Counted from the first letter of the stretch, positions 8,944 through 17,313 are shown. The stretch: DNA of 64,000 nt from Escherichia coli (GCF_050320075.1 NZ_CP190018.1), one strand, 5' to 3'. Translations and numbers: made by a program. The notes: a model not told the origin generated them from the letters alone.

Positions 8944-9369
8944 TTAAAATGGTATTTCGTCCTCATACGGGTCATCCTGCTGGCCCGTCTGCTGCTTTGT
9001 TCTGTTCAGTGCGTCAGTAGCCTGCCCTTGCTGTCCTTTCCTGCCTCCTGGTCGCACGGTTCGCGCACTGATTACGCTGCCTGCGATGACCTGCCAGCCC
9101 TGCCGCATTTCCCCGTTCTGGTCTGTCCACTGGCTTATCTGCATGTTACCCGCCACGCTCACCAGTTCGCCTTTCTGGTGTTTTGCCAGTGCATCGGCCT
9201 GTCTGCCAAACGCCAGGACGGATAACCACATCGTCGCTGTTCCGTCATATGCCTGACTGCACGGAAGGGGAACAGCCATACTCACCAGCGCCATTGGTGT
9301 TCCCTTGCTGGTGGTTTTTAACTGCGGGTCAGCCACCAACCGCCCGTAAGCTGATATTTGTGCCGTCAT
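8944..9369 (-). CDS. ssb: Single-stranded DNA-binding protein (SSB-like, 141 aa)
   Basis: OB-fold pattern similar to E. coli SSB (W..V.AFG, WTDQNG) and acidic C-terminal tail EDEIPF (cf. DDDIPF). Confidence 0.6.
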   Translation of the reverse strand: MTAQISAYGRLVADPQLKTTSKGTPMALVSMAVPLPCSQAYDGTATMWLSVLAFGRQADALAKHQKGELVSVAGNMQISQWTDQNGEMRQGWQVIAGSVISARTVRPGGRKGQQGQATDALNRTKQQTGQQDDPYEDEIPF

Positions 9370-9444
9370 ATTGTCTGCTCTCCGGTTTTAAATGTTGGTT
9401 GGATTTTTAATGTCCACCAGCCAGGCAAAAAATAACGCCTGCTG

Positions 9445-9580
9445 ACTTGTCCCAAAATGCTCCTAACTTGTCCCAAAATCACCTTAACTTGTCCCGCTCT
9501 TGTCCCACTTTTTCTGATATTACCCAATATAATTCAGTATGTTATGTGTGTTTCTCACAGGTTGGGACAGGTGGGACAAG
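9445..9580. repeat. Iteron block 2: four ACTTGTCCC units (~21-bp spacing) plus GGGACAGGTGGGACAAG; inverted copy of block 1
   Basis: ACTTGTCCC at 9445, 9466, 9487; TTGTCCC at 9500; GGGACAGGTGGGA at 9564-9576 is the exact reverse complement of TCCCACCTGTCCC in block 1. Confidence 0.6.
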
Positions 9581-9605
9581 AGTCTTTAAACCTACACGCG
9601 AGAGA

Positions 9606-11741
9606 TTAACCACCTTCATCATCATGATCCTGTGCAAGTAAAAGGCCGTACACCCTTAGTCGTGCCCCCTTCATGTGCTTAAGACGTGGTGTTCTGATTT
9701 GCCATCCTTCCCCGCTGGCTGGCTTTTTCAGCATTCCGGCTTCGTGAAGGGCTCTTGCTACGGCATCCTTGTTAAATCCCTTCGCCACATGCGATTTAAA
9801 TGGCTCCGGCAGGACGTAAAACAAAACAGGCTCACCGTAACGCCCCTCGCTTTCCCTGTAGCCGTACAGTTCTGAAATCGGCAGGCTTGCAGGGTCATAA
9901 TTGACAGGCGCAAACCTGCTCATGCCGTAGGCAGTAAGAAATGCCTCTGCCTGTTCAATAATCTGCCTGTGTTCCTTGTTACCCGTGCCGAACTCCTTCA
10001 CCCAGGCATTAAAGTTATGCTGAATGGCATCACAGCACGTCTGAACATTCCAGCCCGTAACATGACCGGACAGCACAAGCGCGGCCTCCAGTATGGCGAA
10101 TCGTTCCCCTACGCGATGAACCTGTTCGCCGTAGCTCTCCGGTATTAGGTTGCGCCACCGTTCACGGCACGCCCTTACCGTGTCCTTAGCCTCCTGCTGG
10201 TGGGCTGCCAGCCATTTAACCCATTCACGACCCGCCGCCCCGTGGTTTTCTGTCCAGGCGGCTTTTAACGCGTCTGCGTGCGCCTTTCCTGTGCTGTATT
10301 CGTGAAACTGCGTAGACTTCTCCATCGGCACGTTAAGCAACCTGACAAGCTGCCCCGCCTTGACTTTTATCCCCTCACTTTTGAGGAATGTTTCAACATC
10401 CATTTCTCCGGTACTGATCGCCACCGTGCGCCAGTGTTTTATCTCCCGGTTGCCGCCGTCCTTCGCCCCCTGTAATTTCCCGGAACCGTTAAACAGCGTA
10501 TAGGCTGACGTGGACACCTCCCGCGCGTTTCCGGCCTGGCCTATTTCATCCAGGGGTAACAGCCCGTCGTTGTGCGCCTCTGCCTCGTTAGCGATACCTA
10601 ACGCTGTGCCGTACCAGGTCAGCCGTTGCGCGTCCGGCTCTCCCCATAAACTTGATGCGATGTTCTGTGTGGTGGTTTTCCCTGCCGATGATTGTTCGAA
10701 AAGATGTACCCCGAAGCCGTCAGCGCCCACCAGCCCGATTAATGGTGCTGATAACGATACCGCCACACCCAGCATCATGGACGGATTACCACCAGCCAGT
10801 CGCGCCACTGTATCGCGCCAGCCCTCTGTCGTTCCTGCTACGGAATAACCATTAACGGCAGCCGTTTTTCCGGTAAACAGGATCGGTTTTTCAGACTCAC
10901 CAATGACTGAACCGTCCGGCATGATGTACGCGCCAAAATGCCACCCCGTTGTTGTGCTTAACTGCCATTCCTCATGGTTTCCGTTTAACTGCATCCAGTC
11001 AGCCAGGATAGCCCTGTATTTGCCGTTGGTTGTCACATTGAGTCCGTGGTCTTTCAGCAGCCGCCAGCCGTCACGGTCGCCAATGCCACCGCACGGGATC
11101 GCCATTGTGATGACTTCATGATTTGCTAATTTTTTCCAGCGCATCACGCGGTAATGCTCTTTACCGATCGTTCCCGTTCCCAGTAGTTCAAGCGGGGAAC
11201 ATAACCACGCCTCAGGCCGGATAATTTCGCCTGACTGTTTGTCAACTTTGGGCGTTACCCAGAAAACACCATCGGCGCGACTTTCAACGCGGGGTTTTAA
11301 TTCATCATCGCCCTGGCTTTCTGTGATTTTTTTCTTTAAGGGCAACACCAGACTTTCCCCGCGCTCGTATTCGTCTTTGAGGCGAGGCAACTGGTCGGAT
11401 AAATCCGCCGGGCTGGTGTCAGTTATCCCCGCATATTCGTATACGGTCTTCACGCCAGCCACAGCCAGCAATGTGACGATCTGTGTAAGGCTACGTTCAG
11501 TGATGTGCCCTGCGCGGTAAACACGCACACACTGACGGCTATCATCAATAATCTGATAACCGGTAATATCTTTCAGGTGTTCATCTGACAGAACGACAGG
11601 CGGCACATTGTCGGCGGCAATATGCTTACCTGCCCATTCCTGCCACTCTTTCGCATGGCTCCACGCATCACTACCCGCAAAAATGATAACCTCCGTCATT
11701 TTGTCGGCTGGCTGGTGCTTTAAGTTCGGTGCGCGTTTCAT
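9606..11741 (-). CDS. Replicative primase-helicase (TOPRIM-like N-terminus plus P-loop NTPase, 711 aa)
   Basis: Walker A-like SSAGKTT, large size, position downstream of int/alpA as in P4 alpha-type and PICI pri-rep genes; start overlaps upstream small ORF. Confidence 0.75.
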   Translation of the reverse strand: MKRAPNLKHQPADKMTEVIIFAGSDAWSHAKEWQEWAGKHIAADNVPPVVLSDEHLKDITGYQIIDDSRQCVRVYRAGHITERSLTQIVTLLAVAGVKTVYEYAGITDTSPADLSDQLPRLKDEYERGESLVLPLKKKITESQGDDELKPRVESRADGVFWVTPKVDKQSGEIIRPEAWLCSPLELLGTGTIGKEHYRVMRWKKLANHEVITMAIPCGGIGDRDGWRLLKDHGLNVTTNGKYRAILADWMQLNGNHEEWQLSTTTGWHFGAYIMPDGSVIGESEKPILFTGKTAAVNGYSVAGTTEGWRDTVARLAGGNPSMMLGVAVSLSAPLIGLVGADGFGVHLFEQSSAGKTTTQNIASSLWGEPDAQRLTWYGTALGIANEAEAHNDGLLPLDEIGQAGNAREVSTSAYTLFNGSGKLQGAKDGGNREIKHWRTVAISTGEMDVETFLKSEGIKVKAGQLVRLLNVPMEKSTQFHEYSTGKAHADALKAAWTENHGAAGREWVKWLAAHQQEAKDTVRACRERWRNLIPESYGEQVHRVGERFAILEAALVLSGHVTGWNVQTCCDAIQHNFNAWVKEFGTGNKEHRQIIEQAEAFLTAYGMSRFAPVNYDPASLPISELYGYRESEGRYGEPVLFYVLPEPFKSHVAKGFNKDAVARALHEAGMLKKPASGEGWQIRTPRLKHMKGARLRVYGLLLAQDHDDEGG

Positions 11742-12025
11742 TTCTTGCCCCCAGTAACCAGCATTTCGCGGATTTTGCGGATATATCTTGCTGCACGGTT
11801 CTGATTTACGGTTTCACGATGATCCACCAGCGTAAAATCACGCTGGAACTGATAAACAGGCATCACGCAGTCATATTCGTATCCTTCACGGCGGTAGGTC
11901 ATGCGTCGTTCACTCACGCCCTTAATCATTACCGTGCTGCCGTATTTATCGCGGTAAATATCGCCGTGCATGAATTCAGGACGAGTTTTACCGCTGGCAG
12001 TAAAGCCAGAATTTTTTGCTTTCAT
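11738..12025 (-). CDS. Hypothetical protein (95 aa), translationally coupled to primase-helicase
   Basis: ORF stop overlaps primase start codon; coding-like composition; no family recognised. Confidence 0.45.
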   Translation of the reverse strand: MKAKNSGFTASGKTRPEFMHGDIYRDKYGSTVMIKGVSERRMTYRREGYEYDCVMPVYQFQRDFTLVDHRETVNQNRAARYIRKIREMLVTGGKK

Positions 12026-12064
12026 TTATCGAATTACGTTTTTGTTAAAGCTGTATTAATGAGA

Positions 12065-12250
12065 TTAATGAACTGTCGCCACTTCAATTACGGCACGGAT
12101 CATCACCTGCGTGAACCCACAGCCGATTAACTCTTCTTTCAATATTGCGATAGCTGCATTAACGCTGGTGGCGTTCACGTTTTGCTGATTATCAATAACG
12201 TGGCCTTGATGATTTACAGCGCGTGCGGTTATCTGAAATCGCTTAAGCAT
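12065..12250 (-). CDS. Hypothetical small protein (61 aa)
   Basis: ORF preceded by GGGGTGAGG SD-like sequence; start overlaps stop of upstream small ORF. Confidence 0.4.
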   Translation of the reverse strand: MLKRFQITARAVNHQGHVIDNQQNVNATSVNAAIAILKEELIGCGFTQVMIRAVIEVATVH

Positions 12251-12431
12251 GCCTCACCCCCTGACGAATACGGGCAGCGAATACAGCAACACAGCCGGAC
12301 GGGCAACAGTTACGCGCTTCTCGTTCGGTTGATGCCTCGACGTGAACAATACGGGAATCAGTCGGATTAAAGATGACAAAGCGCCAGATAAATGTGTTTT
12401 GAGAATGTTCGAGGGTAGGGGTAGTAGCCAT
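12243..12431 (-). CDS. Small protein (62 aa), possibly Icd-like (host cell division inhibitor-like) as annotated in P4-like elements
   Basis: Strong SD AGGAGG 7 nt upstream of ATG; FIWRF and FAAR motifs recalled from Icd-like annotations (memory-based, uncertain). Confidence 0.45.
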   Translation of the reverse strand: MATTPTLEHSQNTFIWRFVIFNPTDSRIVHVEASTEREARNCCPSGCVAVFAARIRQGVRHA

Positions 12432-12640
12432 TTGGCAGCCTCCTGTAACGTTGGGATATACCCACCGCCGGAGGTGGTAAGCTCGATGGCGGTGGACTGT
12501 ACAGGGTTACCACAACTGGTGTTACAGGAAACCAGCCTGACCGAAGTCAGCCCCATACAGCCCACCATTGATAAGGCGTGCGCGTGCGCCGATACAAAAA
12601 AAGACGCCTGGCGCGTCTGTATCGCCTGTAACTCCAGCGG
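12432..12640 (-). ncRNA. Candidate structured regulatory RNA / leader (P4 immunity-like seqA-seqB-seqC arrangement)
   Basis: On the minus strand: GTTACAGG (12632-12625), intrinsic terminator, UUCG-tetraloop hairpin (12550-12537), complementary CCTGTAAC (12528-12521), then GTTACAGGAGG (12449-12439) overlapping the SD of the first ORF. Confidence 0.3.
12595..12618 (-). terminator. Intrinsic terminator inside the leader region (AGACGC-loop-GCGTCT followed by T7 on minus strand)
   Basis: 6-bp GC-rich stem, 5-nt loop, run of seven T on the transcribed strand. Confidence 0.5.
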
Positions 12641-13077
12641 GGTGGTAATCCCGACACCCGTTTTATGAGGTGCGCAGGGAGTATATCCCGTTTTCTTGCT
12701 CATGTGGTCGGATGTGTTGAAGGTGTGCCCACCACACAAATCACATTGCTCACCAGCCGGAAATATGGCATTGTTGGCGATGCATTCAAGTTTAATATAT
12801 GCCTTCTGGCGACCCTCTGCGGTCGCCTTTGTTTTATTCGTAAGCAACATATTTCTTTTGTCGTTTAAGCTATGCGATTGTACGTTTCCGTTTAAAACGG
12901 AAGTGCTATTAGTTCAATTAATTCGTTCGTACGGTTTGAACTGAATAATAACATCAGCCATAATTTTTTATGGTTGAACGAAAACCTGCCCCTGTTTGGG
13001 CATTTTTGCCAGTATTCATAATGTTCTCTCTTAATTGTTTTGTTGCTTGATAGTAATCAGGCCAGCGTTAATCACAC

Positions 13078-13269
13078 TTATGCTTCACGAGTTTCTCTCT
13101 CACGTTCTTTCAACCAGGCGAGTACCTCATCTTCATACCAGCCAATGCGACGCAGCCCGATACGGAATCCTTTGGGGAACCCGCCTTTGTTAACCATCTC
13201 CGTTAGGGTCGAATCAGATTTAATGCGTAGCAAGGCCTTTACCTCTGGTCGTAAAAGAATAGCCCTCAT
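13078..13269 (-). CDS. alpA: AlpA-family phage transcriptional regulator / excisionase-like (63 aa)
   Basis: Small HTH protein with LLR..EV......S.ST......G.FP....IG.R.IGW...EV..WL pattern; position between integrase and replication genes. Confidence 0.7.
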   Translation of the reverse strand: MRAILLRPEVKALLRIKSDSTLTEMVNKGGFPKGFRIGLRRIGWYEDEVLAWLKERERETREA

Positions 13270-13474
13270 CCTATTTCTCCTCTGGACAGCAAAATATCGC
13301 TTTTTGAATGAAAATAACGGTAAGTAATGTAATAAGCATACAAATCTATAAAAAAGACAGTCAAGAATTATTTAATAAGAGCTATGTGATTGGTTATTTT
13401 TTAATTTTCTAACATAAAAAGAATTTAAATGTTTCTCAAAATGAGACAGTATTGAGAAAGTAATGAGACACAAA

Positions 13475-13506
13475 TTAGCTCCTAACTGATACCAATTAGG
13501 AGCTAA
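13475..13506. promoter_or_regulatory. Perfect 11-bp inverted repeat TTAGCTCCTAA-N10-TTAGGAGCTAA in the AT-rich int-alpA intergenic region
   Basis: Read directly; lies just downstream of int stop and upstream of alpA promoter region; could be int terminator and/or operator. Confidence 0.35.
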
Positions 13507-13522
13507 TAATTTTTTAAATATT

Positions 13523-14767
13523 TTATTTTATTCCGCGTAATCCTCTGTGCCCGCTGGCGATGGTTGTTCCGGTTGCGGCTGCTTCCACAAAATCACCCCA
13601 CCAGCACATTAACACTTTACGTTTTTCCAGGTAGTTGCTTCGGTTGTATGCCCGTCTAACTTCGTTTGTGTCCACGTGGGCTAGTGCGGCTTCGATCACG
13701 TCAGGTTCAAATCCTTCTTCATTCGCCGCCGTGCTGAATATTGCGCGTAGTCCGTGAGATACCAGCACACCAGCGTAACCCATTCGTCGTAATGCTGCGT
13801 TTGCTGTCTGGCTGCTCATTGATTGCACTGGATTTTTAAGACTTGGGAAAACATGCTCCCTTCGTGCGCTAATCGGCTTCATGGCTTCAAGCACTGCCAT
13901 CGCCTGAGCGCAAAGGGGGATCACATGATCACGGCGCATCTTCATGCGTCCGGCTGGTATCGTCCAGGTTGCCGCCTCAAGGTTGATTTCTTCCCACCGT
14001 GCGGCGGAGGCTTCGGCTGGGCGGGTTGCGGTTAACAACTGCCACTCAATCAGCAATCTGGTTTGCCGTTCTATGCTGGCGATCGATAAATCGTGCATTA
14101 GCTGCGGTAGTTGTTCCGGTCGGATGGTTGGCATGTGCTTTTTGGTGGGGGAAGGGAATGCCTTGCGAACGTTCGCGGCGGTGTTGATGTCAATCAGTCC
14201 ACTGTTGGCAGCAAAATCCATCACTTCATTGATGCGCTGTAAAACGCGTTTCAGTGTTTCCAGGTTGCCACGTGCCTTGATGGGCGTGAGTATCTCAACA
14301 AAGCGGCGAGCGGTGAGAGTATCTATCGGTGTGTTTCCGATATACGGGAATACATATTTCTCTAGCGAGCGCCAGATGTCCTTGATCGTATTGTGGGCGA
14401 GATTCTGGTTTTTTTTCATTTCGTACCACAATGCGGCCACATTTTCGAACGTGTTGCCCTGTCGTCGAGCCTCTGCTTCGAGTTTTTGCCGTTCGTATTC
14501 CTGCGGGTCGGTTCCTGCCGCAATTAACGTCCTGTACTCGCTACGGCGTTTTCTGGCATCAGCCAGGGAGACTTCATCAAGCGAGCCCAAACTAATGATT
14601 GTTCGTTTTTTGTTCGATGGTCGATAGTAGTTGAATCGCCATAGTTTCGAACCAGACGGCTTAATAACGAGAAAAAGCCCGCCGCCATCCTGTAAGGTGT
14701 ATTCTTTTTCCGCTGGTTTAGCTGCTTTGATCTGTGTGGTGGTGAGTGGGGTCGCCTTTCTTGCCAT
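13523..14767 (-). CDS. int: Tyrosine site-specific integrase, P4-type (414 aa)
   Basis: N-terminal arm-binding-like domain (LTTTQIKAAKP...GGGLFLVIKPSGSKLWRF), C-terminal catalytic region with HGLRA and terminal tyrosine region; adjacent to tRNA gene. Confidence 0.85.
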   Translation of the reverse strand: MARKATPLTTTQIKAAKPAEKEYTLQDGGGLFLVIKPSGSKLWRFNYYRPSNKKRTIISLGSLDEVSLADARKRRSEYRTLIAAGTDPQEYERQKLEAEARRQGNTFENVAALWYEMKKNQNLAHNTIKDIWRSLEKYVFPYIGNTPIDTLTARRFVEILTPIKARGNLETLKRVLQRINEVMDFAANSGLIDINTAANVRKAFPSPTKKHMPTIRPEQLPQLMHDLSIASIERQTRLLIEWQLLTATRPAEASAARWEEINLEAATWTIPAGRMKMRRDHVIPLCAQAMAVLEAMKPISARREHVFPSLKNPVQSMSSQTANAALRRMGYAGVLVSHGLRAIFSTAANEEGFEPDVIEAALAHVDTNEVRRAYNRSNYLEKRKVLMCWWGDFVEAAATGTTIASGHRGLRGIK

Positions 14768-14973
14768 ACGTTTATGAATCCACGGGAAAAAACAGGTTCT
14801 AGTTATACGGATTTAGCTATGCGCCAGCCCGTATAACTAAACATATAACTAAAAAAAACGGCTGAAAACCACTGTTACCGTCGAATAACGATGACTAAAA
14901 ACAATAAAAAAACCCGCTATTCAATGAATTAGCGGGCTTATTTCATAAAAACGATAATTAATAATGGGCGATT

Positions 14974-15050
14974 TGGTCGGCACGAGAGGATTTGAACCTC
15001 CGACCCCCGACACCCCATGACGGTGCGCTACCAGGCTGCGCTACGTGCCG
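14974..15050 (-). tRNA. proL: tRNA-Pro (anticodon GGG), 77 nt with encoded CCA
   Basis: Reverse complement reads CGGCACGTAGCGCAGCCTGGTAGCGCACCGTCATGGGGTGTCGGGGGTCGGAGGTTCAAATCCTCTCGTGCCGACCA; cloverleaf with GGG in anticodon loop. Confidence 0.9.
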
Positions 15051-15124
15051 ACTCGTGGCTGTTAATACTACCGTTTTCCACACCGATTGCAAGTAAGATA
15101 TTTTGCTAACTGATTTATAATTAA

Positions 15125-16885
15125 TCAGTTAGCGATAAAACGCTTCTCGTCTGTCAGTACTTGCAATAACAAACTTAACTGTGGTTTTTCATCTTTCACT
15201 CTTTCACCACGTAAGTTGTAAGTACGGTATTTACCGTTATTGTTCAGCACCAGCGTCTTTTTCGGGGTGGTAATTGCCAGCGTATCGTTATCCGCGGCGG
15301 TAACCCAGTAATGACGGCGTTGAGAGTTGAACAAATCCTGACCTTGCGAATATTCGCTGGCAGGTGTGCTGACATGTAGCAGGCGTTGCATCAGCGTCGT
15401 CATCAGATCGGTATGATCAGTCAGAGCATTAATACGCTGCGCCGGCGTACCTGGCCAGTGAATCACTAATGGCACCTGCAGATGACCGTGGGACCAGTCA
15501 AAGGTTTCTTCCTCTTCGCTCAGCGGAATACCCCGACCGGCAGTGATAATCACCACCGTATTGTCCAGTTTGCCAGAATCACGTAGTGCATTGAGCACGC
15601 GGTTGATCTGGTCATCGACATTGCTTGCCGCCCGGCTATATTTCCGTGCAAATGCCTGCTGATTGCTGTCGTCAATGTTAGTGCCATTGAAAGAAACCCA
15701 CGAGAACCAGCGGTTATCTTCTTGTGCGTAGCGGCCCAGCCAGTTGATCCACTGCGTGGCGGTCTGCTCGTCGGATTGGGTGCGTACGCTCGGCATCGAG
15801 AAATCTGACAACAATGCCTGGCGATACAGCGGGCTGGTAAAGCCATCTGACGAGAATAACCCCAGCTGATAGCCTTGCTGATTAAGCGCAGTAATTAACG
15901 CCGCAGGCGTACGGGTCGACAGAATGCCGTCCATATAGCTCGGCGAGATGCCATAGAACAGGCCAAAGATGCCGTTGTCTGTAGTGTTGCCGGAGCTCAT
16001 ATGGCGCGTGAACGAAATATTTTGCTCAGCAAAACCTGCCAGCGCAGGCATCTGCTTCTCGAAGCGTGAGTAGTTCAGGCCATCGACAGTAATCAACAAG
16101 ACATTCTGCCCGGTGCCCATATCGCGATAGCGCAGTTCGCTTAACGGATACTGAACGGAAACGGCGTCTGGATTACCTTGCTCAATGAGACGGCGTTGAT
16201 ACTCCTGCGCATCAAGCAGACCATGCTTCTCAAGAAAACGTCGCGCCGTCATCGGGTACGAAAGCGGTAGGTTAGCGCGCTGCATGGTGATCGGGCGATA
16301 GAAGTTGGCATCGGCCCAGATATACACCACATGCGAGGCGATAAAGGCGATAAATAAGAATGCGGCCAGCGGGCGCGCGAAGCGCCGACGACGCGTCAGG
16401 CTGCGTAGCTTTTGCCAGCTCCACGTCGCAAACACCAGTTCAAGCAATAAAATAACCGGCACGCTGATGAACATCAGCTGCCAGTCGCGCGCCATCTCAT
16501 TTTCGTCTGGGTTGATAACCAGTTGCCAGACGATGGGATTAAGATGGAGATGGAAACGAGTAAAGACTTCGCTATCGATCAGTAATAGCGTCATTCCCGC
16601 CGTTGCCAGAATGACGGACAAAAACCTCATCAGCCTCTGGGAGCCGACGATAAAGGTCAGCGGGAAGAGGATCAGCAAGTAGGTGGCGAACACCAGGAAG
16701 CTGAAATGGCCGATAATGCTTACGTAGGAATAAATGCGACCAGCAAGCGTTGTCGGCCAGTCGGCGATAAACAGGTAACGGCTGCCAATGACGAGCGAAA
16801 GCAGAATATTGAACAGTGCAAACCAGTGCCCCCAACTGACCATCTGGGAGACTTTTTCACGGTAGCGCTGACGATGAGTTACCAT
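15125..16885 (-). CDS. yejM: Inner membrane protein YejM/PbgA (sulfatase-like periplasmic domain, 586 aa)
   Basis: N-terminal five TM helices plus large C-terminal domain; position next to proL. Confidence 0.8.
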   Translation of the reverse strand: MVTHRQRYREKVSQMVSWGHWFALFNILLSLVIGSRYLFIADWPTTLAGRIYSYVSIIGHFSFLVFATYLLILFPLTFIVGSQRLMRFLSVILATAGMTLLLIDSEVFTRFHLHLNPIVWQLVINPDENEMARDWQLMFISVPVILLLELVFATWSWQKLRSLTRRRRFARPLAAFLFIAFIASHVVYIWADANFYRPITMQRANLPLSYPMTARRFLEKHGLLDAQEYQRRLIEQGNPDAVSVQYPLSELRYRDMGTGQNVLLITVDGLNYSRFEKQMPALAGFAEQNISFTRHMSSGNTTDNGIFGLFYGISPSYMDGILSTRTPAALITALNQQGYQLGLFSSDGFTSPLYRQALLSDFSMPSVRTQSDEQTATQWINWLGRYAQEDNRWFSWVSFNGTNIDDSNQQAFARKYSRAASNVDDQINRVLNALRDSGKLDNTVVIITAGRGIPLSEEEETFDWSHGHLQVPLVIHWPGTPAQRINALTDHTDLMTTLMQRLLHVSTPASEYSQGQDLFNSQRRHYWVTAADNDTLAITTPKKTLVLNNNGKYRTYNLRGERVKDEKPQLSLLLQVLTDEKRFIAN

Positions 16886-16904
16886 AACCTGTTATCTGTT
16901 TCCC

Positions 16905-17132
16905 TTAGTGCGCTTTGTCTTCGTTGATAGAGGACTGTAAGGCGCGGGCAAAAGAGTTGGCAATTGCCTGGCGTTGGGCCGGGGCAATGCTGGTGTTGAT
17001 AAGGTTAGTGACCATGTTGCCTAACACCATCAGGGAAAGGTCGGTCGGAGCCTTATGTTTTTCCAGTACGTTGAGCAGCTCTGCGAGCAATTGTTCAACC
17101 TGTTCATCACTGTAGCGGGAAATTTGTGGCAT
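16905..17132 (-). CDS. yejL: UPF0352 small protein YejL (75 aa)
   Basis: Conserved small ORF in synteny between yejM and yejK. Confidence 0.7.
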
Positions 17133-17313
17133 AAATCGAAATCAGTTAGTTGATGAAAGGGCAACATATTACCGTAGCAACGGTTTTTTTTCTGCTTTTT
17201 TATGCGTTAAATCATTCTCGTTACGCCGCCTTCTGTAAAATGACCGCCATCTTTTATTGCGTCGCTTAACCGGCGGTGGTTGAATACCGCCCGGTCTTAA
17301 AGGAGAGTTTATC

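Larger units (their letters stand above)
6790..14988. mobile_element. tRNA-Pro-associated integrative element (~8.2 kb): int-alpA-primase/helicase-ssb-finO-perC; satellite/PICI-like, no structural genes
   Basis: P4-type integrase next to tRNA 3' end; imperfect direct repeat GATTT..GGCACGAGAG at 6786-6805 and 14971-14988; gene content typical of phage-satellite-like islands; region absent from K-12 gene order as I recall it. Confidence 0.7.

Noticed and set aside
9430-9590. Possible CRISPR array suggested by short regularly spaced repeats
   Set aside because: Repeat units are only 8-9 bp with 9-21 bp spacing, occur in both orientations and have no adjacent cas genes; pattern fits iterons, not CRISPR
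12254-12850. 198-aa minus-strand ORF between alpA and the small-gene operon
   Set aside because: No ribosome-binding site, low-complexity translation, overlaps the downstream SD-bearing ORFs in a different frame and spans an intrinsic terminator; better explained as a structured RNA leader
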